A stretch of DNA of 64,000 nt from Fretibacterium fastidiosum (GTDB lineage Bacteria; Synergistota; Synergistia; Synergistales; Aminobacteriaceae): the NCBI RefSeq assembly GCF_964642095.1, contig NZ_OZ209244.1:1765106-1829105 (forward strand), in the 5' to 3' direction. Shown here one piece after another: positions 39,713 to 48,901 of the stretch; position 1 is the first letter of the stretch; every line of letters begins with the position of its first letter. The notes beneath the pieces are model-generated. The model saw nothing but the letters and a program-made list of their open reading frames with translations. It was not told the origin of the DNA and did not search any database. A program made the translations under genes and the position numbers.

Positions 39713-40750
39713 GTGATGAGCATGGATGAGGACAAGGCGAGGGTTGTTCCGGCGATGACGACGCACGAACGGCAGGAGATGCTGAACCTCCAGGAGCAGG
39801 GGGAGCTGCCGGAGAACATCGACCGCTCCACCGACCTGTACTTCCGCTTCCTGCTGGGGACGCCGGCGCGGGGCCGGCTGCTTCGCGATATGCTGAACGC
39901 CTTCTTCGGCGCCCTGGGCTATCCCCTGCTGCAGACGGTGACCCTCACGGACACCGAGCGCGAGCCCGAGGCGCTGGGGGCGAAGTACACGCGCCTCGAC
40001 CTGACGGCGCTGGACGATCTGGGCCGCACCCTCCACATCGAGATGCAGCGGGAGAACTACACCCACTTTCAAAAGCGCTGCCTCTTCTACCTGTGCCGGA
40101 ACTACACGAGGTCGCTCAAGAGGGGCGAAGGGTACGCGAGCCTGTCCCCGATCGTCTCCATCTCCCTGTTGGGATTCGACCTTTTCGAGGGAGAGCGTGG
40201 GCTGTGGGACTTTGCGCTGATGAATCCCGGTACGGGGCGTCGTCTGATGGAGGCGGACGACCTTCTTCTGTTCTACGTCGAGTTGAACAAGGCGAAGCAC
40301 CCCCTGCGGGAGCTGCGGGCGAAGCTGAAGGCGAGGCCGGGGCACGTTCTGAGCCCCGAGGAGCGCGCGCAGGTATGGGGAGGCTACATCAACAACGAGA
40401 GCGAGGGGTTGGCCCTGCTGCGCGAGAGCTTGTCGGGGGATACCGTTTTTTCGGAGGTGAGCGAGGTGGAGCAGGAGTACTGGAGTTCTCCGGAGAACCG
40501 CTACTATCAGCTGCGGGAGATGATGACGCAGCTGGATTACAAGGCGATTCGGGAGGACCGGTTGGCGGAGGCAACGAGGGCGGTCCGCGAGAAGGCCTGG
40601 GCCGAGGGCGAGGCTAAAGGTAAAGCTGAGGGCGAACTGCTTGGCAGGCAGGAGACGGCGCGCGCCATGCTGCGGGAAGGGATGTCCCTGGCTTCCGTTG
40701 CACGCTTCACCCGCCTTTCCCCGGGCGAGGTCGAGGCCCTGAAGATTTAG
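39713..40750 (+). CDS. Rpn (YhgA-like) family nuclease, paralog 3 (start by analogy with paralogs 1/2; track ORF begins at 39692)
   Basis: Near-identical to paralogs 1 and 2. Shortest repeat tract (AEGEAKGKAEGELLG). A few substitutions (S->L in ...GMSLASVARF). Confidence 0.65.
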   Translation: MMSMDEDKARVVPAMTTHERQEMLNLQEQGELPENIDRSTDLYFRFLLGTPARGRLLRDMLNAFFGALGYPLLQTVTLTDTEREPEALGAKYTRLDLTALDDLGRTLHIEMQRENYTHFQKRCLFYLCRNYTRSLKRGEGYASLSPIVSISLLGFDLFEGERGLWDFALMNPGTGRRLMEADDLLLFYVELNKAKHPLRELRAKLKARPGHVLSPEERAQVWGGYINNESEGLALLRESLSGDTVFSEVSEVEQEYWSSPENRYYQLREMMTQLDYKAIREDRLAEATRAVREKAWAEGEAKGKAEGELLGRQETARAMLREGMSLASVARFTRLSPGEVEALKI

Positions 40751-40926
40751 GAAGGTGCTGAAGGATACCCTTAGTTTGAACCAAAATCCTCAGGCAAAGT
40801 TTTAACGTGTAGCGGAGATAGATTTTGTGCGTTTTCTGCCGCACCTGCCAGGCGCGGCAGAAAACGTGCAGGCCTGCCCTCACTCTATGTTAAAAATTTC
40901 CCGTAAAATTAAAACTTTCGACCCTG

Positions 40927-41439
40927 TCAACCGCCAGAGAAAAAGCCATCCTTGAGACACTCTTCGCTGAGCCAGGGTGACCGTTTTTCCTGAAAAGACT
41001 GCTTCCAGGGATGGTTTGGGACGGGCGTGTGGGTTTTTGCAGGTTCGCCCTCATTTCCTTTTGTCGCATTGCTCGGAGCGGCACGCTCCGCCTTCTCGAC
41101 CTCCCTCATCTCGATACGACATCCCTTGTGAATGACCCATATCTTTCCTGAGAGACTCTCCCTGACCTCCACATCGGAACGGGCCATAAAGGCTTTCTCA
41201 GGGGTGTTGGGGGCATAGGTTCGTCCTTTGTAAGAAATGCTTCCGCCGCAATCCATCTTACGCATCTCCCGGTGAGCGAAAAGGAAATCCACATCGACCC
41301 TTTCTGCAGGCTCAACGTAGGCGCTCTCCTGTTCTGCGGGCAGAACCGCTTCCTGCCCGCCAGCAGCTCCATGACCTTGATGCGCTTGATCTCTTTTTGT
41401 GACAATGCCACTCGCTCCTGCTTCATACCTAAGTATCAC
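40927..41439 (-). CDS. hypothetical protein (possible transposase/integrase C-terminal remnant)
   Basis: 170-aa ORF in an otherwise non-coding stretch between the Rpn array and the tRNA array. No recognisable motifs. Call is weak. Confidence 0.3.
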   Translation of the reverse strand: MILRYEAGASGIVTKRDQAHQGHGAAGGQEAVLPAEQESAYVEPAERVDVDFLFAHREMRKMDCGGSISYKGRTYAPNTPEKAFMARSDVEVRESLSGKIWVIHKGCRIEMREVEKAERAAPSNATKGNEGEPAKTHTPVPNHPWKQSFQEKRSPWLSEECLKDGFFSGG

Positions 41440-41534
41440 CCAAAGACCTGCCTCCCGCGGAGAGGGGTGACATTTTCTCTGACTACTTATAGGGTAACAT
41501 GATCACTGATCAACGACAAACTTTGAGGCCCTGC

Positions 41535-41563
41535 TTGACAGAAACGACAGGGGTAGGTATACT
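41535..41563 (+). promoter_or_regulatory. consensus sigma-70 promoter of the tRNA operon (TTGACA-17-TATACT)
   Basis: TTGACA at 41535-41540, a 17-bp spacer, then TATACT at 41558-41563. About 15 nt upstream of tRNA-Val. Confidence 0.7.
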
Positions 41564-41578
41564 ATCTTTCGTGCTTGA

Positions 41579-41653
41579 GGGCGGATAGTTCAGCGGTAGA
41601 ACACCTGCCTTACACGCAGGGGGTCACAGGTTCGAACCCTGTTTCGCCCACCA
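41579..41653 (+). tRNA. tRNA-Val (anticodon TAC)
   Basis: GGGCGGATAGTTCAGCGGTAGAAC...CTTACAC anticodon loop...GGTTCGAACCCTGTTTCGCCCACCA. Cloverleaf fits, 75 nt with CCA. Confidence 0.85.
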
Positions 41654-41663
41654 TTGAAAAAGC

Positions 41664-41740
41664 GGGGTCGTAGCTCAGTTGGTTAGAGTGTCGGCCTGTC
41701 ACGCCGAAGGTCGCGAGTTCGAGTCTCGTCGGCCCCGCCA
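41664..41740 (+). tRNA. tRNA-Asp (anticodon GTC)
   Basis: GGGGTCGTAGCTCAGTTGGTTAGAGT...CCTGTCACG anticodon loop...GAGTTCGAGTCTCGTCGGCCCCGCCA. 77 nt. Confidence 0.85.
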
Positions 41741-41755
41741 GTTCAATATTTCGTG

Positions 41756-41831
<76 letters not shown>

Positions 41832-41844
41832 GGTCAGCGAAAAT

Positions 41845-41919
41845 GCGGAAGTAGCTCAGAGGTAGAGCACAACCTTGCCAAGGTTGGGGTCGCGGGTTCG
41901 AACCCCGTCTTCCGCTCCA
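41845..41919 (+). tRNA. tRNA-Gly (anticodon GCC)
   Basis: GCGGAAGTAGCTCAGAGGTAGAGC...CCTTGCCAAGG...GGGTTCGAACCCCGTCTTCCGCTCCA. 75 nt. Confidence 0.85.
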
Positions 41920-41932
41920 AATTTTAAAGAGT

Positions 41933-41967
41933 GAGGTCCTGCAGGAAGCGGGACCTCTGTTTTTTTG
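41933..41967 (+). terminator. intrinsic terminator after the tRNA array
   Basis: GAGGTCC-tgcaggaagcg-GGACCTC followed by TGTTTTTTT. Confidence 0.7.
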
Positions 41968-42190
41968 AGAACTGTCCTAATGGAAGAAGAGGAGCGATGG
42001 GAGGGTTTTTGATCAATTTTGAATGAACCCGATGCCCTTCTCCTTTAAAAGCCTGAAATTTTTTTTAGCGGACCTCGTTTTTTTACGGATTTTCATATAC
42101 AATCAACAAGGTGTCCCAACAGGGTATCCTCGGTGCGCTTTATGTGAAGGCTGGGGCGTCTCTCCTTCGGGGGGGGAAGGGGCTATAGCG

Positions 42191-42430
42191 ATGATTGAGG
42201 TGCATCGCCTGAACGGCGAACGTTTTTTGCTGAACTCTGATATGATTGAGACCATCAACGTGACGCCTGATACCGTGGTGCGGCTTTTGAACGGCCACCG
42301 CTATATCGTGCGCGAGGGGATCGACGAGGTCTGCGAAAAGATCATTGCGTTTCGGAAGTTGGCGGGGTACACCTGCATCGTTGCAAATTCTGCGGACGAG
42401 GTGGAGGATTCCGAAGGAGCGGGATCGTGA
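42191..42430 (+). CDS. flbD: flagellar protein FlbD
   Basis: MIEVHRLNGERFLLNSDMIETINVTPDTVVRLLNGHRYIVREGIDEVCEKIIAFRK, the characteristic FlbD sequence. ATG at 42191. Upstream part of the listed ORF has no support. Confidence 0.8.
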   Translation: MIEVHRLNGERFLLNSDMIETINVTPDTVVRLLNGHRYIVREGIDEVCEKIIAFRKLAGYTCIVANSADEVEDSEGAGS

Positions 42431-42464
42431 TGGAGCATGCTGCTGGACTAGGGGTGAATAGGCT

Positions 42465-43241
42465 TTGGATTTAACGAGTATCGTTGGATTTCTCATATCT
42501 TGGATTCTGGTTCTCGCTGCCATGGCTGGGGGAGGAAACTTCGGCGCCTACATCGACGTTCCCTCCATGATGATCACGATCGGCGGCGCGGTGGGGGCAA
42601 CGATCCTCTCAAACCCCTCGGACAGGCTGAAGGCCATAGGGGGCGGACTGAAGAGCGCCTTCGTCTCCCACGAGCCCAACCTCGTGGGGATGGTACAGAT
42701 GATCGTCAGCTTCGCCGAGAAGACCCGCAGGGAAGGCCTGCTTGCCCTGGAGAGCGACGTGGCGGAGCTGGACAACGAGTTCCTGAAGAAGTCCATCCAG
42801 CTGGTCGTGGACGGCACGGACCCGGAGCTGGTGCGGGCGATCCTGGACACCGAGATCGGCGTCCTGGAGGACCGCCACTCCGCCAACAAGTCCGTGTTCG
42901 ACACCCTCGCGGAGTTCGCCCCCTCCTACGGGATGATCGGGACGCTGGTGGGCCTCATCGCCATGCTGGGGAACCTGGCGGACGTCAGCTCCCTGGGCCC
43001 CAACATGGCCGTCGCCCTCATCACGACGATGTACGGGTCCATGATGGCCAACATGTTCGGCATCCCCATCGGCAAGAAGCTCGCCGCCCGCTCCGCCCAG
43101 GAGGTCGTGGCCATGGAGCTGATGGTGGAGGGGATCCTGGCCATCCAGGCCGGCGAAAATCCCCGAATCGTCGAGGAAAAACTGAAGGTCTACCTTCCCC
43201 CCAGGCTTCGCAGCAGCTTTGACAAGAAGGAGGGCGAGTAG
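42465..43241 (+). CDS. motA: flagellar motor stator protein MotA/PomA
   Basis: TTG start. 258 aa with four TM segments. ...FAPSYGMIGTLVGLIAMLGNL... plug/pore region typical of MotA. Confidence 0.85.
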   Translation: MDLTSIVGFLISWILVLAAMAGGGNFGAYIDVPSMMITIGGAVGATILSNPSDRLKAIGGGLKSAFVSHEPNLVGMVQMIVSFAEKTRREGLLALESDVAELDNEFLKKSIQLVVDGTDPELVRAILDTEIGVLEDRHSANKSVFDTLAEFAPSYGMIGTLVGLIAMLGNLADVSSLGPNMAVALITTMYGSMMANMFGIPIGKKLAARSAQEVVAMELMVEGILAIQAGENPRIVEEKLKVYLPPRLRSSFDKKEGE

Positions 43242-43243
43242 CC

Positions 43244-43972
43244 TTGGCGCGCCAGAAGAAGCCGGAGCCGCCGGGGCTGAGCGCCCCCTTCTACATGGGC
43301 ACCTACGGGGATATGGTGACGCTCATCCTGTGTTTCTTCATCCTGCTGTTCGCCATGTCCTCCATCGATGCGCAGAAGTTCCAGAAGGCGCTGATCTCCC
43401 TCAGGGGCTCCCTGGGGGTTTTGAAGGGCGGCGTGACGACCGAGGAGTCCATGGAGCCCAACCAGAGCGGGGAAGAGGGAGTGGACGCGGGGTCGTCATC
43501 CAGGGTGGAGCTGGATACCCAGCACGTCGCCTACACGATCAACAGCTACCTGCGCTCCGAGGGGCTGGGCAAGTCCATTCAGGTGACGATCAACCAGCGC
43601 GGCGTGTCCGTCTCCATCTCGGATCAGTTCCTCTTCAACTCCGGCAGCGCGGAGGTGAAGCCGGAGGGGCGGCGGGTGCTCTTCAAGATCGCCTCCCTGG
43701 TGCGGGACAAGGTCCCGGCGGTGGCCGTGGAGGGGCACACGGACGCCACGCCTCTTCTGGGGGGTATCTATCGCGACAACTGGGGGCTCTCCGCGATGCG
43801 GGCGGCCGTCGTGGCGTCCTACCTGGAGCAGGATGGAGGCTTCGACCCGCTGAAGCTCCAGGCCGTCGCCTTCGGCCCCAACCAGCCGATGGTGCCCAAC
43901 GACACGCCGGAGCACCGCGCCCTGAACCGCAGGGTCGAGATCGTGTTCCTCTCGGAGTATCCCAAACGCTAA
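43244..43972 (+). CDS. motB: flagellar motor stator protein MotB (OmpA-like C-terminal peptidoglycan-binding domain)
   Basis: TTG start. Single N-terminal TM (YGDMVTLILCFFILLFAMS with conserved Asp context). C-terminal OmpA motif GHTDATPL...NRRVEIVF. Confidence 0.85.
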   Translation: MARQKKPEPPGLSAPFYMGTYGDMVTLILCFFILLFAMSSIDAQKFQKALISLRGSLGVLKGGVTTEESMEPNQSGEEGVDAGSSSRVELDTQHVAYTINSYLRSEGLGKSIQVTINQRGVSVSISDQFLFNSGSAEVKPEGRRVLFKIASLVRDKVPAVAVEGHTDATPLLGGIYRDNWGLSAMRAAVVASYLEQDGGFDPLKLQAVAFGPNQPMVPNDTPEHRALNRRVEIVFLSEYPKR

Positions 43973-43989
43973 GGGGTTGATGGATCAAC

Positions 43990-44445
43990 ATGAAACGAAT
44001 GATTGTCTTTGTCGTTATCGGTTTGGTGATGTTCGGCGTGGGCTTTGGAGGAGGCCTGATGCTGGGGAGGACGATGGCGTCCGGCGAGGGCGGAGCCGCC
44101 AAGGCCCGCGAGGTCGCGGAACCGGGGCCCATCGTGACCATCGGCGAGTTCACCAGCAACCTGGCCGGCGCCGGAAGGCACGTCGTGAGCTTCACCGTGT
44201 CCCTGGAGCTCGTGAACAAGAAGGAGGAGATCGCCGCCGCCGTTCAGAACATGGGGTGGCTCGTGAGGATCAAGAACGAGATTCTCCTCATCGCGAAGGA
44301 CAAGACCTACGACGACCTCAACAGCGCGGAGGGGACGGTCCAGTTTCAGGGGGACATCAAGAGGGTGCTCAACTCCATCCTTCCGAACGTGGGGGGGGAA
44401 GCCCCCATCGCCCAGGTGCTCTTCGAGTCTTTCGTGCTTCAATAA
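43990..44445 (+). CDS. fliL: flagellar basal body-associated protein FliL
   Basis: 151 aa. N-terminal TM then ...PIVTIGEFTSNLAGAG..VSFTVSLEL... FliL pattern. Confidence 0.75.
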   Translation: MKRMIVFVVIGLVMFGVGFGGGLMLGRTMASGEGGAAKAREVAEPGPIVTIGEFTSNLAGAGRHVVSFTVSLELVNKKEEIAAAVQNMGWLVRIKNEILLIAKDKTYDDLNSAEGTVQFQGDIKRVLNSILPNVGGEAPIAQVLFESFVLQ

Positions 44446-44603
44446 ACAAAAAAACAATGTAACATAAAAGGCAACGGAGAAAGATTTTGGGTTTGTTTTG
44501 TGGGGACTGCGAAAAACGGCGGCAGGTGTGATATCCTGATACGTAGTTTTTCTTCTTCGGGGCGGTGACCCCGGAAGGCAGGTGAGGACTTCTGACTCCT
44601 GAT

Positions 44604-45611
44604 GTGTTGTCACAAAGCGAGATCGATTCGCTCTTGAGCGCTCTCACGAGCGGTAACGTGGATATCGACTCCATGGCTGAAAAGGCCGACGAGCGGAACC
44701 TCAAGGTCTACGACTTCAAGAGGCCGGATAAGTTCAGCAAGGACCAGCTTCGAGCCATTCAGATGATCCATGAGGCCTTCGGCCGACAACTGACGACGGC
44801 CATGTCCACGCTGATCCGCTCCATCGTCTCGGCAGAGGTGGCCTCGGTCGATCAGCTGGCCTACGAGGAGTTCCTGAACTCCCTGGTGCAGCCGACGGTG
44901 ATCGGGATGATCGAGATGCATCCCTTTGACGGCAACATGCTCCTCGAAATCAACCCCAACCTCGTGTTCGCCATCATCGACAGGATGCTGGGCGGGAAGG
45001 GAAACTTCACGGGCAAGCTGCGGGAGCTGACCGACATCGAGAAGACCGTCATCGAGCGCGTGCTGATGCGGATGCTGGAGCTTCTGGAGGACAGCTGGAG
45101 CACCGTGGTGGACGTTCGTTTCCGCTTCGAGAGCATGGAGAGCAACCCGTTCTTCGTGCAGATATGCTCTCCGCGCGATATGGTGCTCCTCGTCATCCTG
45201 AAGCTGAAGGTCGGCGACATCGAGGGGATGATGAGCCTCTGCTTTCCCTACTTCCTGATGGAGCCCATCGTGGACAAGCTGTCCTCACAGCAGTGGTTCG
45301 CCTCGACGAACCATGAGCGGGACGAGGAGGAGCAGCGGAACCTGATCTCGTCGCTGCATCGCGTCAAGATTCCCCTGGCGCTGGAGCTGGGGCACACGAT
45401 CCTGAGCCTGGCGGACGTCTATGCCCTTCAGGCGGGGGACGTGATCAAGCTTGACGAGACGAAGGACAGCGATGTCGCCGTTCGGGTGGGCAACCGGGTG
45501 AGCTTCATGGCGAAGCCGGGGACCGTCGAGGGGCGTCTTGCGGTGGAACTGACCCGGATCCTGAAGCGGTCTGCGGACGAGTCGTCAGAGGGAGAGGAAA
45601 AAGATGGATGA
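44604..45611 (+). CDS. fliM: flagellar motor switch protein FliM
   Basis: GTG start. LSQSEIDSLL N-terminal CheY-binding motif. Middle domain ...GGKGNFTGKLRELTDIEKTVIERV.... 335 aa. Confidence 0.88.
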   Translation: MLSQSEIDSLLSALTSGNVDIDSMAEKADERNLKVYDFKRPDKFSKDQLRAIQMIHEAFGRQLTTAMSTLIRSIVSAEVASVDQLAYEEFLNSLVQPTVIGMIEMHPFDGNMLLEINPNLVFAIIDRMLGGKGNFTGKLRELTDIEKTVIERVLMRMLELLEDSWSTVVDVRFRFESMESNPFFVQICSPRDMVLLVILKLKVGDIEGMMSLCFPYFLMEPIVDKLSSQQWFASTNHERDEEEQRNLISSLHRVKIPLALELGHTILSLADVYALQAGDVIKLDETKDSDVAVRVGNRVSFMAKPGTVEGRLAVELTRILKRSADESSEGEEKDG

Positions 45612-46722
45612 TCTGCTTAGTCAGGATGAAATTAACGCCCTGCTTTCCGGCGGCGACCTGGGCGGTGGGGCCGATTCAGACCTCTCCATGGAGGACTCCC
45701 ACCTGCTCGGCGAGGTGTCTTCGATCTTCGCGGGCGCCGAGAGCAGCGTCATCGGCATGTTGTCCGGCAAGGAGGTGGACACTGCCGTCGACGACGCGGA
45801 GGTCGTGACGCAGGCGGACTTCCGGGGAAGCCTGCCGGCGGGCCCCTTCCTCTTTACGGCGACGTTCGGGGGCTTTGACGACATCCCCCTGGCGTTGGCG
45901 GTGGAGCAGAGGGGCGCCCTGACCCTTGCGGACCTCATGATGGGCGGAGAGGGAAAGGACCTGCCGGACGAGCCCAGCGACCTCTACCTGAACGCGGCCC
46001 AGGAGGGGCTGAGCCAGGTGGTTGGGTCCTCCTTCACGAGCCTGAGTGGCCTCCTGGGCGGAAAGCGCCTGATCCCGGAGAACACGACCTCCGGGCTGGC
46101 GTCGGGGGACTGGCTGGCCTTCTCCTCCATGGCGCCGGAGACGAAGCTTTGGATGAGCCCGGTCGAGGTGAAGATCAACGGGCTGGATCCCTTCAAGATA
46201 TGGGTTGCGCTGCCCCTGGACTCCGCCCTCAAGATGGTGGGGCTGATGCGGGAGATCATTGGCGAACAGGAGCCGCAGCAGCCGGAGGAAGCGGCAGCGC
46301 CCGCTCCTTCGCCCGCCGCGGGCGTTTCGGCGCAGTCCGGCGGCGGGATGAGGGCGCCCATGGGCGCTCCAGCCCCTCGGGCCTCTCAGCAGCCCACTCC
46401 CATCGTGGACGTGCATCCGGCGGCGTTCCAACCCCTGGGGGGTGCCGCTGCCGGTGGTGCGGTGAGCCCCATCGACATGATCGCGGACATCCCGGTCCGC
46501 GTGACGGTGGAGCTTGGCAAGACGCGCAAGAGCGTGTCGGAGGTCCTGGCCCTGACGAGCGGGTCGGTCATCGAGCTGGACAAGATGGCGGGCGAGCCGG
46601 TGGACATCCTGGTGAACGGAAAGCCGATCGCAAGGGGCGAGGTCGTCGTCATCGACGAGAACTTCGGCGTGCGCATCACGGACATCATCGGAGCCGCGGC
46701 GGGCGCGCGTTCGACCTCCTAG
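45604..46722 (+). CDS. fliY: flagellar motor switch protein FliY (CheC-like domain fused to FliN C-terminal SpoA domain)
   Basis: N-terminal LSQDEINALL. C-terminal FliN domain (IPVRVTVELGKTRKSVSEVLALTSGSVIELDKMAGEPVDILVNGKPIARGEVVVIDENFGVRITDII). 372 aa. Confidence 0.85.
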   Translation: MDDLLSQDEINALLSGGDLGGGADSDLSMEDSHLLGEVSSIFAGAESSVIGMLSGKEVDTAVDDAEVVTQADFRGSLPAGPFLFTATFGGFDDIPLALAVEQRGALTLADLMMGGEGKDLPDEPSDLYLNAAQEGLSQVVGSSFTSLSGLLGGKRLIPENTTSGLASGDWLAFSSMAPETKLWMSPVEVKINGLDPFKIWVALPLDSALKMVGLMREIIGEQEPQQPEEAAAPAPSPAAGVSAQSGGGMRAPMGAPAPRASQQPTPIVDVHPAAFQPLGGAAAGGAVSPIDMIADIPVRVTVELGKTRKSVSEVLALTSGSVIELDKMAGEPVDILVNGKPIARGEVVVIDENFGVRITDIIGAAAGARSTS

Positions 46723-46947
46723 CACAGGCTAAGGGCTCGCGCCGCAGAGGCTTTCGTCCCATCGTCGGGCTTTTTTGCGGCGGGCGCTTGCCGGGCGATT
46801 TTTCATGATATAATCAATGCGTTGTGCGGTTGGTTCTGTCAGTGGGGCGTCGCATTTATCTTCGTTTTTATGAAGACCTTTTCTCTATAAGGCGCAGGGA
46901 CCGAGCCCCTGTGCAGGAGATTTTTGACGTAAGCGAGGGATTACAGG

Positions 46948-47310
46948 ATGGGCAAGAAAGTTCTTATCGTCGATGACGCGGCCTTTATGCGAATGATGCT
47001 GAAGGATATCCTTCAGAAGAATAATTTCGAGGTGGTCGCCGAGGCTGAAAACGGCAAGGCGGGGGTCGCCGCGTATCAGAAGTACAAGCCTGATATCGTG
47101 ACGATGGACATCACGATGCCGGAGATGAACGGCATTGACGCCGTTAAGGCCATCAAGGCCCTTGATCCCGACGTCAAGATCGTGATGGTTTCCGCGATGG
47201 GGCAGCAGCCCATGGTCATCGAGGCGATCCAGGCGGGAGCCAACGACTTCATCGTCAAGCCCTTCCAGCCGGAGCGCGTGATCGAAGCCATCACCAAGGT
47301 CCTGTCCTGA
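46948..47310 (+). CDS. cheY: chemotaxis response regulator CheY
   Basis: 120-aa receiver domain. DDAAFMR...DITMPEMNG...K motif set. Confidence 0.9.
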   Translation: MGKKVLIVDDAAFMRMMLKDILQKNNFEVVAEAENGKAGVAAYQKYKPDIVTMDITMPEMNGIDAVKAIKALDPDVKIVMVSAMGQQPMVIEAIQAGANDFIVKPFQPERVIEAITKVLS

Positions 47311-47416
47311 GCCGGAGGGACGTTTTTACTGCTGCCCCGGCGACGAAGGCCTCCGGGGCCACGGTTTTGTGCGTGCTGTCGCGGTGTAGATCGCGGATGG
47401 GAGCGGTTGAAGCCTT

Positions 47417-47761
47417 GTGGAGAAGTCGGCGCCTGAGGGGGAATCGGTGATCTCGGATCCCAGCCTTGTGGCCTATTTGGCTAGAGTGTCGCTTGCCTTG
47501 GTTGTTCTGGCGCTTTCCGCCGTCCTTCTGGTGCGTTTTGTGCGGGGGAGGCGCGGGGGGGTAAGAGATGACGGGGCCGTTAAGCTTTTGGCGTCCTTAC
47601 CCGTGGGTAAGGATGTCTTTTTTGTGTTGCGCTGCGGACCCGACGTCGTCGCGTTTACCTCCGGGGCGAGTGGAACTTGTCTGATGGGCAGGTGGAAGTA
47701 TGAGGAATGGGTTGGCGCGGGAGACGCTCCAGCGGAACGGACGGAAGATGGCGCGCGCTAG
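47417..47761 (+). CDS. fliO: flagellar biosynthesis protein FliO/FliZ (start uncertain)
   Basis: Small single-TM protein immediately upstream of, and overlapping, fliP. Position-based call with a weak sequence signature. Confidence 0.5.
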   Translation: MEKSAPEGESVISDPSLVAYLARVSLALVVLALSAVLLVRFVRGRRGGVRDDGAVKLLASLPVGKDVFFVLRCGPDVVAFTSGASGTCLMGRWKYEEWVGAGDAPAERTEDGAR

Positions 47762-48545
47762 GGGGCTTTTCCTCGTCCTGACGCTCGCGGCGTTCCTCGC
47801 CTTTTGCGGAGGGTTTGCCCTTCCGGCCTGGGCCGCGGATTCGGAGGCGCTTTCCGGGGTGCCGCTCCCGACGATACAGTTTGGCGTCACGCCGGCGGAC
47901 TCCCCGCGGGACGTGGCACTCTCCCTGCAGATACTGGCCCTGATGACGGTGGTGAGCGTCGTCCCGGCGATCTTCCTCATGGTAACGAGCTTCACCCGCA
48001 TCATCGTGGTCCTGGGCTTCGTGCAGCGCGCGATAGGGCTTCAGCAATCGCCGCCCCAACAGGTCATCGCGGGGCTCTCGCTCTTTTTGACGCTCTTCAC
48101 CATGTACCCGGTGTGGGACCGGGTCTATCAGGAAGGGCTTGCCCCGTATCTTTCGGGCGCCGCCAGCGCCCCTCAGGCGTGGCAGAGCACGGTGACGCCG
48201 ATCCGCGAGTTCATGTTTCGCTATACGCGCCAGGAGGAACTGTCGCTCATGGTGTCCATGTCGGGGACCGAGCGCCCCGCGTCGCAGGACGCGGTGCCGA
48301 CGCGCGTCCTGATCCCAGCCTTCATGCTGAGCGAGCTCAAGACGGCCTTTCAGATGGGCGTCGTCATCTACATCCCCTTCATCGTGGTGGACATGGTGGT
48401 CTCAAGCGTCCTGCTTGCGATGGGGATGATGATGCTCCCCCCCATGATGATCTCCCTGCCCTTTAAGATCCTGCTCTTCGTCATGGCCGACGGCTGGAAC
48501 CTGGTCGTCCTGAGCCTTCTGAAGAGCTTTGCCAACGTCCCCTGA
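47748..48545 (+). CDS. fliP: flagellar export apparatus protein FliP
   Basis: ATG at 47748. Signal peptide then ...ALSLQILALMTVVSVVPAIFLMVTSFTRIIVVLGFVQ... conserved FliP core. Confidence 0.9.
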   Translation: MARARGLFLVLTLAAFLAFCGGFALPAWAADSEALSGVPLPTIQFGVTPADSPRDVALSLQILALMTVVSVVPAIFLMVTSFTRIIVVLGFVQRAIGLQQSPPQQVIAGLSLFLTLFTMYPVWDRVYQEGLAPYLSGAASAPQAWQSTVTPIREFMFRYTRQEELSLMVSMSGTERPASQDAVPTRVLIPAFMLSELKTAFQMGVVIYIPFIVVDMVVSSVLLAMGMMMLPPMMISLPFKILLFVMADGWNLVVLSLLKSFANVP

Positions 48546-48606
48546 CGCAGGGCGGCCAGCGCGCCCGTTCCCCCAGAGGTCCGTGTGAGAGAGGAGGCGC
48601 CCGAAG

Positions 48607-48882
48607 ATGGCGGAAACGGCCCTGAGCCTTTTTGATCTCCTGAGCCAGTCCATCTGGACCATGTTGGTCGTGTCCCTGCCCGTGCTCCTGGTGGCCATGA
48701 GCGTGGGGCTCTTGATCGGCATCCTTCAGACGGCCACCTCCATACAGGAGCAGACGCTGATCTTCATCCCCAAGATCCTGGCCGTGTTCATCTGCATCAT
48801 CCTCCTGTCCCCCTGGATGGGGCAGAGGATGCTCGTGATGACGCGGGAGATATTGGGCCAGCTGGAGCGCTTTATCCAGTGA
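48607..48882 (+). CDS. fliQ: flagellar export apparatus protein FliQ
   Basis: 91 aa with two TM segments. ...GLLIGILQTATSIQEQTLIFIPKIL.... Confidence 0.9.
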   Translation: MAETALSLFDLLSQSIWTMLVVSLPVLLVAMSVGLLIGILQTATSIQEQTLIFIPKILAVFICIILLSPWMGQRMLVMTREILGQLERFIQ

Positions 48883-48901
48883 TGCGGGGCGGCGCTTTTT
48901 C

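Noticed and set aside
38438-40345. 635-aa minus-strand ORF and plus-strand alternative-frame ORFs (38986-39498, 40093-40617) inside the Rpn array
   Set aside because: They are repeat-driven open frames antisense or out-of-frame to three paralogs whose in-frame products have conserved family features. Their periodic composition mirrors the coding repeats.
42023-42190. Upstream 56-codon extension of the flbD ORF
   Set aside because: FlbD family proteins are ~70-80 aa and begin at the MIEVHRLNGE motif. The extension has no RBS or conservation, and the region contains A/T-rich promoter-like sequence.
47597-48059. Minus-strand ORFs overlapping fliO/fliP
   Set aside because: They are antisense to the conserved export-gate gene fliP and have no motifs.
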